Positions 18,370 to 26,135 of a stretch of 64,000 bases of DNA are shown here, piece by piece (positions within the stretch are counted from its first letter, which is position 1; each line of letters begins with the position of its first letter). The translations under genes and the position numbers were made by a program. Below the pieces are notes generated by a model. The model was not told the DNA's origin. It searched no databases and saw only the letters and a list, made by a program, of their open reading frames with translations. The stretch comes from Candidatus Krumholzibacteriales bacterium (GTDB taxonomy: Bacteria; Krumholzibacteriota; Krumholzibacteriia; Krumholzibacteriales; WJIX01), in the NCBI GenBank assembly GCA_046483305.1, contig JAWODM010000062.1, positions 23,332 to 87,331 of the forward strand, read 5' to 3'.

Positions 18370-19476
18370 ATGAAGACCATAAATTATATAATATCCGCGG
18401 CACTGATTCTTTCGGCAACGGTATCTCCCTGCCGGGCTGCGTCCGATGACAAGGAAAAACCCGAAAGGTATTATTTTTACCGTGGCTATGATTACGGCAG
18501 CGAATCGCTGATAAATCCCCTCAGCATAATTCTTAACGGAGGGTTCGGGATACTGCAGATGGATAACAGGAGCAATTCTCTGGATGAAGTGGACTTCCGG
18601 ACCGGTTTGAATAATGTAACATGGAATATGTCCAGCCCGCTGAGAACGATCGGTGAAACCGGGTATGGAGATTTCTTTCTCAACCAGGTCTTTCCTGTAA
18701 GTATCAACCGGCATAAGGCCTACTACTGGCCCAATTATACCCTCCACCTCATCGGGGGCGGTATGTCATACAGAATGATAGCGGAATGGTTTGAGTACCA
18801 TGATTTCCGTTATCCGAGGGCGTTCTCTGTGCTTACCATGTCGGTGTACCATTTCCTCAACGAAGTAGTCGAAAACAGCAATTTCGTTGGGTATAATACC
18901 GATCCTATCGCGGATCTTTATCTGTTTGACCCACTCGGTATCGTTCTGTTCAACAGCGACAGGGTATGCTCCTTTTTCAGCAGAACTCTGAATATGGCTG
19001 ACTGGTCTTACCAGTTCGCTTATGACCCGTACCGAAACGCGGTGAAGAACATCGGGCAGAACTTCGTGTTAAAATACTGGCTTAACGATGATAATGACAT
19101 AGGGTTGTTTTATCACTTTGGAACTCATGGGGAGCTTGGTTTATCCTTCCGTTCGAAAAACGGGGATTGTATATCGGCTGGAGCGGGACTGGTGGCGAAT
19201 GAATTATTTGAAATTGGCGAAAGCACTACATTCCGCGAATTATCAGCCAGGCTGGTTGTTACCGCCGGTATCTTCTACGACAGGAACAATTCCCTTCTCG
19301 CTTCGCTGATATATTCAAAAACCCAGGATTACAAGTTGAGGCTCAATATCTATCCCGGCCTGATTCCGCTCAAACATCTTTCGCCGGGGATTTTTATTTC
19401 CATGGACCAGGAAAACATATTATCCGCCGGGATTAGTTTCAGGTTCTCGCCGGTGGGTTTTTCCAGAAGATTCTAG
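18370..19476 (+). CDS. Hypothetical exported / outer-membrane protein
   Basis: Signal peptide from ATG 18370; aromatic, beta-strand-like C-terminal half ending in Phe. Confidence 0.65.
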   Translation: MKTINYIISAALILSATVSPCRAASDDKEKPERYYFYRGYDYGSESLINPLSIILNGGFGILQMDNRSNSLDEVDFRTGLNNVTWNMSSPLRTIGETGYGDFFLNQVFPVSINRHKAYYWPNYTLHLIGGGMSYRMIAEWFEYHDFRYPRAFSVLTMSVYHFLNEVVENSNFVGYNTDPIADLYLFDPLGIVLFNSDRVCSFFSRTLNMADWSYQFAYDPYRNAVKNIGQNFVLKYWLNDDNDIGLFYHFGTHGELGLSFRSKNGDCISAGAGLVANELFEIGESTTFRELSARLVVTAGIFYDRNNSLLASLIYSKTQDYKLRLNIYPGLIPLKHLSPGIFISMDQENILSAGISFRFSPVGFSRRF

Positions 19477-19485
19477 GGGATTGAT

Positions 19486-20499
19486 TCACGCTCTGATTCC
19501 TGCTTCGTTGCTCTTCATCTTTTGTCTCAGGTAAAAAAGACCGGTAGATATCAGAACCGGATATACCGGAAGGAGCAGTCTTACTTCTTTCCAGATTCCA
19601 AATATCGCTACCGGCAACAGGTAAAGCAGTATAACCGGGAACATGCTGACGGTGAATCTGTCGGCGTATTTTATGCCGGCGGCGAAGAAGAACCACCAGG
19701 CACCGCCGAACAGTACGATATTTATGATTGCGTATATGTAATAAGGAAAAGTCCTGTTAAGGCCCCAGAGATACCGGATTGAATGTATGTTCTCGCTCCA
19801 GCCCATAAGGTAGCGCAGTGTCAGTATGGTCCCGGCGGACACCGCGGCCAGCAGCAGAAACTTCCCGGCGGCGAGGGTATCGAAACCGGAACCCTCATTT
19901 TCCGTATCTCTGAATCTCAAGAAGGAAGCCAGATATATCAGGGGAATGAACAGCCCCGACATCCTGTTAAGGGAAGCGGCAAGGGTTAGCGCCAGAATCG
20001 CGTAGTAATTCTTCTTCCTGGCCGCGAGGAATGCCGCGCAGAAAAACCAGGATTCAATAAGCGACCATGGTTGAAAGTAATGATCTCTGAGCGAGAGCGG
20101 GAGCACGGCGCAGCAGAAAAGCGCCCCCGCCAGCGAGTAAATCCTCTGATGCCACTCCATCAGGAAGAAGTAGAGAGTTGAAATGAAAAGGAAGATAGCC
20201 GCAAGGTCATATATGATATACGAAAGAATCCAGGAATTACGGTAAGATAGCGGCGTGACCGCCCTGACAAAATCTGTCATGCCCTGAGTGGCAAAAGGGA
20301 CCAGTACCCGGTAGCGGTAGGGTGACGGGGCCTCCCCTTCCAGTATGGAATCGTGAATAACCATCCTTTCGGTGATATTTGGCCTTTCCACAAAATGAAA
20401 GTAATTGTAGGAGATAACCAGAGAGGCCGATAGTATTATGAGAACGGCCAGTTTCTCTGCCCGTATAATATTTCTGATATTCAATGCCTTTCTCCCCAA
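19486..20499 (-). CDS. Polytopic membrane protein, possibly GT-C-like
   Basis: About nine hydrophobic segments; PYRYRVLVP loop; no family recognised firmly. Confidence 0.65.
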   Translation of the reverse strand: MGRKALNIRNIIRAEKLAVLIILSASLVISYNYFHFVERPNITERMVIHDSILEGEAPSPYRYRVLVPFATQGMTDFVRAVTPLSYRNSWILSYIIYDLAAIFLFISTLYFFLMEWHQRIYSLAGALFCCAVLPLSLRDHYFQPWSLIESWFFCAAFLAARKKNYYAILALTLAASLNRMSGLFIPLIYLASFLRFRDTENEGSGFDTLAAGKFLLLAAVSAGTILTLRYLMGWSENIHSIRYLWGLNRTFPYYIYAIINIVLFGGAWWFFFAAGIKYADRFTVSMFPVILLYLLPVAIFGIWKEVRLLLPVYPVLISTGLFYLRQKMKSNEAGIRA

Positions 20500-20569
20500 T
20501 GGTTCTCAAGACAATACTTCCCGTTATTCTCCGGTTAAGTTTATTTACTGACGGATAAAAAGTAAATGA

Positions 20570-21619
20570 TTAATCTGATGGGCCTTCCAGAAGATACCGG
20601 GCCATCAAAGCAGTATTCTCTCTAATCCATATATGAAACAGTGAGCCGGCGCTGAAGCTGCGGCCGGCGTTTCTCAGTTTCCCGCTTTCACGCAGCACCT
20701 CTTCAAGAAATTTACTCAGATCGTTGTTACTCTTCAGGCCTTCAATATTTGCCGCCGGTGTCTCCGGACATCTTTCCCTGAATGCGGAGGCGAATAATCC
20801 TGACCGGTAAGTACCCTCACTCCCATGGACAGGGGTGTTCCCGATTCCGCAGGAAGGAGAGCGCCCTTTCATGATAAAACCGCTGACCGGGGCGGTGCGG
20901 TTGATGAAATAAGAAGAGAATTCGATCATACATCCGGTAAGGTCTTCTCCGGTTTCTGACTGAATCAGCTTCTTCTTTCCTTCAGAGATGACTATGTTTA
21001 CAGGCCTCCTTGGAACAGGAAGCCCGATTTCCATTTCCGGGCATACCTCTATCAGATCGGCAAACAATCTCAACCTGTCAACGATATCAGATTCCAGGGT
21101 CTCTCCGTTATACCTGCAGTTATATCCGGCAAGGCATTTGCTTACCACTATCATGGGGCGGCCGGCGGGTTTCGCGCAGTTCCATTTGCAGGCTCCCGCT
21201 TTATTCCCCAAGGCATCTCTGAACGCGTTGAATGCAGGTTTGCCGTTAAACCTGAAAAGATGGCTTTCGCATCTGCAGTCTGATGAACCGAAATTTTCAG
21301 CCGCGACAAATGCGCTGGGGAGCGATTGGAGCGCCGAAGCGGCAAGGTGTTCCAGCTTTTCCCGGCCGGGAAAGAACCAGATTTCATCTATCAGCGTGTA
21401 TGGCCGGATATAATCAACATGCCAGAACTGTTTTTTATCGGAGATGATATGCCGCCGGACTCTGGCTCTAAGGCCTCCCCTGCCCAGGGCGCTGCCAGCG
21501 TAAGCAAGGTATCCGGTAACCAGATTGACTCCGCCGGAACTGCCGGCCATTACTGTCCCTGATGAAAGCGCTCTCAGAATAAGGACGTACGTTCCGGATG
21601 CATCCGGTATTATATACAT
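20570..21619 (-). CDS. Fusion of DUF123 (GIY-YIG/Uri endonuclease-like) and DUF523 (TudS thiouracil desulfidase-like) domains
   Basis: N-half GTYVL, YAGSALG, RVRRH, WHVDY, FGSSDCRCESHL; C-half VSKCLAGYNCRYNG, VCPE, GLPVPR, KGRSPSCG, GLFA. Confidence 0.85.
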   Translation of the reverse strand: MYIIPDASGTYVLILRALSSGTVMAGSSGGVNLVTGYLAYAGSALGRGGLRARVRRHIISDKKQFWHVDYIRPYTLIDEIWFFPGREKLEHLAASALQSLPSAFVAAENFGSSDCRCESHLFRFNGKPAFNAFRDALGNKAGACKWNCAKPAGRPMIVVSKCLAGYNCRYNGETLESDIVDRLRLFADLIEVCPEMEIGLPVPRRPVNIVISEGKKKLIQSETGEDLTGCMIEFSSYFINRTAPVSGFIMKGRSPSCGIGNTPVHGSEGTYRSGLFASAFRERCPETPAANIEGLKSNNDLSKFLEEVLRESGKLRNAGRSFSAGSLFHIWIRENTALMARYLLEGPSD

Positions 21620-21623
21620 GGAC

Positions 21624-22445
21624 TTAATCCCCGAACCATTTCCCGTAAAGCTCCGGCCTCCGGTCCCTGAGAAAGAGCCTGTGAGCGTGAGATTCAGGCA
21701 GGATTTCGGTGTTCAGATCGCAGTATAGAATGTCCGGTCTGCCTGAGGCCGCCCGCGCGATAACTTCTCCGGAAGGAGAACATACAAAGGATTCGCCGGA
21801 AAAGTTTAGTTCTCCCTCCTTCCCCACCCTGTTGCACAGCGCCGTGTAGTAGCCGTTCTGGAATGAGGCCACCCTCATTTCAGCTTCGTAGAGCCCCGGG
21901 GGCCACTCTCCAACCACACCGGCCTGTGGAACAAACACTATCTCAGCGGCCATCAGGGAAAGCGCCCTCATATATTCCGGATAATGCCTGTCGTAGCATA
22001 TGGCGATTCCTATCCTCCCGAATTCGGTATCAAAGACTCCAGGGCCGAGGTCGCCGGGCTGGTAGTACCCCTTCTCATGAAAACCGCTGTAATCCGTGAT
22101 GTGCACCATTCTGTTCCTGCCAATTATTTCCCCGGTTGTATCGATCACCGGAGAGGTGTCGTAAGTATTGTCGCCATCCCTCTCATATAGATTTACAATA
22201 ATAACTGTTCCAGTTTCGGCTGCCAGAGCGGAGAAAGGCTCGGTTATTCTGCCTGGGACTGTATCGGTGAACTCCAGGTTGCTTCCGCCGGCGGGAAGGC
22301 GCGGGTAGAAAGGCTGGAAAGATAATTCGGGGAAACAGATTATCTTCGCGCCCTCCGCTGCCGCCATTTCAACCGCTTCAACGCCTCGACGCAGGTTTTC
22401 TTCAACAATTTTCGAGCATCCGGTCTGAATCAGCGCTATCTTCAA
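21624..22445 (-). CDS. Carbon-nitrogen hydrolase (nitrilase superfamily; beta-ureidopropionase / N-carbamoylputrescine amidase-like)
   Basis: CFPEL, FHEKGYY, AICYDRHYPE, NRVG, FLRDRRPELY. Confidence 0.88.
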   Translation of the reverse strand: MKIALIQTGCSKIVEENLRRGVEAVEMAAAEGAKIICFPELSFQPFYPRLPAGGSNLEFTDTVPGRITEPFSALAAETGTVIIVNLYERDGDNTYDTSPVIDTTGEIIGRNRMVHITDYSGFHEKGYYQPGDLGPGVFDTEFGRIGIAICYDRHYPEYMRALSLMAAEIVFVPQAGVVGEWPPGLYEAEMRVASFQNGYYTALCNRVGKEGELNFSGESFVCSPSGEVIARAASGRPDILYCDLNTEILPESHAHRLFLRDRRPELYGKWFGD

Positions 22446-22472
22446 TTACCGCACCTCCTGTCAGAAATGTTC

Positions 22473-23663
22473 TCACGTGACCCGGTTGGAAGTTAATCCC
22501 TCCCATAGATGAATGTATTTCAGGCCGCTTCCGGTACTTATAAGAAGGACTGTTTCATCCCTCTCTATCCATCCCTCCTCCAGGAGTTTCTGGAAGGCCA
22601 GAAAGGTTGCCGCCGACTCAGGCGAAACGAAGAGCCCCTCTGCCGAGGCTATTCTCACTGCCGCTCCCATAAGTTCTCTATCCGGGACCTCCAGGGCGGT
22701 GCCGCCGCTCTCTCTGAGTATTCTCAGAATAATAAAATCGCCTACCGCGGAGGGGACCCTGATACCGTCCGCAACCGTTTCGGCTCCCTCCCAGTAATCC
22801 GCGAATTCCCTTCCCTGGCGGAAGGCTCTGACCAGGGGGGCGCAGCCGTCCGACTGAACCGTTACCATCCTGGGCAGCCTGTCTTCAATCCATCCCATTT
22901 CCAAAAGTTCCTGGAATGCTTTCCATATTCCTATCAGCCCCGTACCGCCACCGGTAGGGTAAATTATCACGTCCGGCAGGATCCAGTTCATCTGTTCAGC
23001 AATTTCAAAACCGATGGTCTTCTTTCCTTCCAGCCGGTAAGGCTCCTTGAGCGTTGAGACATCAAACCTGCCGTTCTTCTTGAGCTGCTCGGCGGCCGCC
23101 TTTCCCGCGTCTGTGATATAGCCCTTTACCAGTTCGATATCCGCTCCGAAAGCTGCGCATTCGGATATGAAAGTGGAGGGAACATCTTCCGGCATGAAAA
23201 CATGAGCTTTCATGCCGGCTGCGGCTGCGTAAGCGCTCATTGCCCCGGCGGCGTTGCCGGCAGAGGGGATAGAAAGAGCTTTGACCCCCAGTTCATGGGC
23301 TCTGGAGACGGCCACAGCCATACCTCTGGCCTTGAAGGAGCCGGTAGGATTGAGAGATTCATCCTTGATATAAAGAGAACCGAGACCGGAATCTCTCCCC
23401 AGGTTCGAAGCTCTTAGAATCGGAGTGCCCCCTTCTCCCAGAGAAATGATATTTTCATCATTCTCTACCGGAAGAAACTCCCGGAATCGGAATACACCCG
23501 GCTTTCTACTCCGGAGGTCGTCTCTGCACAGCGAATTTCTGATCAGGTCGATTCTGTAGCGGGCCAACAGCGGTCTGCCGCATCCGGGGCACAGGTTCAT
23601 CAACCCGCCGGCGTCATAACTTCTTCCACAGAGCGAGCATTCCAGATTGTTTAAATAACTCAT
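22473..23663 (-). CDS. Threonine synthase-family PLP enzyme with N-terminal Cys-knuckle
   Basis: CSLC...CPGC, SLGEGGTP, NPTGSFKARG, SAGNA, EGKKT, PTGGGTG; start ATG 23663. Confidence 0.88.
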   Translation of the reverse strand: MSYLNNLECSLCGRSYDAGGLMNLCPGCGRPLLARYRIDLIRNSLCRDDLRSRKPGVFRFREFLPVENDENIISLGEGGTPILRASNLGRDSGLGSLYIKDESLNPTGSFKARGMAVAVSRAHELGVKALSIPSAGNAAGAMSAYAAAAGMKAHVFMPEDVPSTFISECAAFGADIELVKGYITDAGKAAAEQLKKNGRFDVSTLKEPYRLEGKKTIGFEIAEQMNWILPDVIIYPTGGGTGLIGIWKAFQELLEMGWIEDRLPRMVTVQSDGCAPLVRAFRQGREFADYWEGAETVADGIRVPSAVGDFIILRILRESGGTALEVPDRELMGAAVRIASAEGLFVSPESAATFLAFQKLLEEGWIERDETVLLISTGSGLKYIHLWEGLTSNRVT

Positions 23664-23794
23664 CTTGCTCCAGGCCCGTCTGAATGAATAACCTGCCGTA
23701 TCCTGATGATTCATTCTATGTTCTGAATGTTGAGTTGTCCACTTAATTCAGGAAAGTAACTATCGGGGAAATTGTCAATATCTGGAATACCACT

Positions 23795-26062
23795 TTACCC
23801 CGGCAGCAGTTTTCTGGATTCTATTATAAGTTCGGAAGGGGTTTTTGACTTGCCGGGAAAACGAGCGTAGGAACTGAAAGCTTTGAATGATTCGGGATCG
23901 TACATATCCTTTTTCTCCAGGAAACTGTTAATAAATTTATTAATTCTTTCTTCCAGGGTTTTGATCCGGCCCAGGCTCTCAATTGATAGCACGGTAAAAG
24001 TGTCGGTCTCAATCCACGAGTAATAATCAGTGCTTCTGATCATATTCTTTATCCCCGACCCGATCTGGTTTATGAGCTGTAACCCCTTTTCCCTGTCTTC
24101 GGAAAGAAGCTCTTTGAGCCCCTTTATTCTTATGGTAGTGAGGGTAAAGGTGTGATGATACCTCCCGGCCCTGCGTATCTCTTCATCGATCCTGCTGATC
24201 AGTAGAGTCTGGTTCATCTCCAGGAGTTTGTCCAGCTTCAGGGGCGCATTTTCCTTACTGTATTTCTCCGGTTCGGGTTCCCTTGAATAAAGCGTTCTTA
24301 TTATGTTTTCAGCTTTTTCTATGAGCTCGATATCCTTCTTGCCGAATATTGACGGATCAAGCGGAGAAACGGTTTTCTTATTATAACCGGCGAATATCAG
24401 TTTTCTTCTGTTCAACTCAAGCAGCGGATACACGATAACTGACCGGTAATAGGGCTGGGACCGGAAATTATCAGCGGAGGCTGACAGAAAACTGGTGCAC
24501 TCAGCTTTCCTTTTTTCCGCGGCATTGCCGGCAATCTCGGAATCGAAACGCTTGTATTTGTTAAGTTCAGTTTCATTTTCAGGAAAATTGTGGTAAAAGA
24601 CCTCTTCCCTGCCATTTTCGAAATAATGAAGGCTTGCCGATGCAGCGTTTATGAAATCTGCCAGAATCCCGGGGAGTTTCTTCAGGTTATCGGATAGAGA
24701 ACCTGCATCAATAAGCCTGGGAACCAGCCTGGAAAACTTTTCCAGGTTCTCAAGACGGCGCTGCTGTTTCATTGATTGGAGCCTGGAGGCTATGAAAATA
24801 CCGAGTCTGAAACCTATCCGGTCCATATATTTAAGGTATCTCTCCTGATCGCATAAATTATCGAACTCTATTACTATTACCCCGACCGGTTCATTATAGA
24901 AAAGGGGCTGATAAACGATCGATATTGATCGTTCTTCTTCCTCCTCTCTATCCTCGGTCATTACTATGGTCTCCCCGCTGAGGTAAGCCCTCGCCAGAGT
25001 GCCGCTGATACAGTGAACCCGGGATGCCGATTCGTCCTCCTGTACCAGATTGTTGCTTCCGCCCAGTATAAGCCAGTCCCCCTCGTCTGTGGCGGTGTAA
25101 ATTGAGGTGGTGGCAGCGTTGAACAGTCCATTGATAAACTTGCTGATCATGGTGAAGACGTAGTGGAATCCGTTCCCGCTTCTGGATGCCCTCTCCAGGT
25201 ATTCATTAATGGAGGTTTCGATCATATCCGATTCATCTTTATCAAGCCTGAGGTGCCTATTCAGTAACGGGGCTATCTTCGAAGCGATTACCGTGATCCG
25301 GTCTCTGTCAGACTCGTCAAGCTCTCTTTCACCCCTGTCTGTTGAAATATTGAGAACTCCCAGCAGCTTTCCCCGGTATATTACAGGCGCGGTGACCGCA
25401 GTGGTAATATTCTCTCTCTCCATACCGGGCCTTGAAACGCCACCAATATCCCTGGTAAGTATAGCCTTGCGAATGGAAGCCGATTTTCCGGCTATACCTT
25501 CCCCAAGTTTCAGCCTGGTTTCCTTGACTACTTCTTCGCTCAGGCCGGTTGCGTAACCGATGTAGAGCTCTTCAGTACTTTCAGAGTAAAGCATCAGGGA
25601 ACCCTGAGAAGCGCCCAGTGATTCAGCCGAAATTCGAAGTATCCACTTCAGGAGCTTCCCGCTGTCTGCGATTCTGTTCATGAAGCGGAGAGCCTCATCC
25701 AGCTTATCTGTCTCATGTCCTGCATCAGGTGATTCGTCATTGTCTTTGTCAAGTAGTAACTTATAAACATCTGATATGTCGATGATGTCAACATCCAATT
25801 CTGACAGGCTATCTGCTTCCTCCCTCAGATCTCTTCTGCCCATATTGGTTATTACCAGGTCGGCGTTCCTGAAGAGTTCCAGATAGCTGTCATCAGAAAC
25901 AGTTTTTAACCCTATTACTTCCCCGATTACTATACCAGGGCTGGAGTCGTCCCTGTCATACACCCCTATAATGGATATATCATCCTTTCCGTGGATTTCT
26001 CTGATAACGGACAGTTCTCTTTCACTGCCGCCAAGTACCGCTATTTTCAGTTTTCTGGACAT
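23795..26062 (-). CDS. Multi-GAF sensor with Rossmann-like N-terminus and degenerate GGDEF domain
   Basis: KIAVLGG...IIGVYD N-terminus; LGEGIAG/LLGVLNI GAF; EEIRRAGRY...IRSTDYYSWIETDTF. Confidence 0.75.
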   Translation of the reverse strand: MSRKLKIAVLGGSERELSVIREIHGKDDISIIGVYDRDDSSPGIVIGEVIGLKTVSDDSYLELFRNADLVITNMGRRDLREEADSLSELDVDIIDISDVYKLLLDKDNDESPDAGHETDKLDEALRFMNRIADSGKLLKWILRISAESLGASQGSLMLYSESTEELYIGYATGLSEEVVKETRLKLGEGIAGKSASIRKAILTRDIGGVSRPGMERENITTAVTAPVIYRGKLLGVLNISTDRGERELDESDRDRITVIASKIAPLLNRHLRLDKDESDMIETSINEYLERASRSGNGFHYVFTMISKFINGLFNAATTSIYTATDEGDWLILGGSNNLVQEDESASRVHCISGTLARAYLSGETIVMTEDREEEEERSISIVYQPLFYNEPVGVIVIEFDNLCDQERYLKYMDRIGFRLGIFIASRLQSMKQQRRLENLEKFSRLVPRLIDAGSLSDNLKKLPGILADFINAASASLHYFENGREEVFYHNFPENETELNKYKRFDSEIAGNAAEKRKAECTSFLSASADNFRSQPYYRSVIVYPLLELNRRKLIFAGYNKKTVSPLDPSIFGKKDIELIEKAENIIRTLYSREPEPEKYSKENAPLKLDKLLEMNQTLLISRIDEEIRRAGRYHHTFTLTTIRIKGLKELLSEDREKGLQLINQIGSGIKNMIRSTDYYSWIETDTFTVLSIESLGRIKTLEERINKFINSFLEKKDMYDPESFKAFSSYARFPGKSKTPSELIIESRKLLPG

Positions 26063-26135
26063 TTTTAAACCTGAAAATTAAGATATACTTTCTCGGCATT
26101 GATTATTGCAAGAGTCAAGCCATTTTTTTGCTGAA

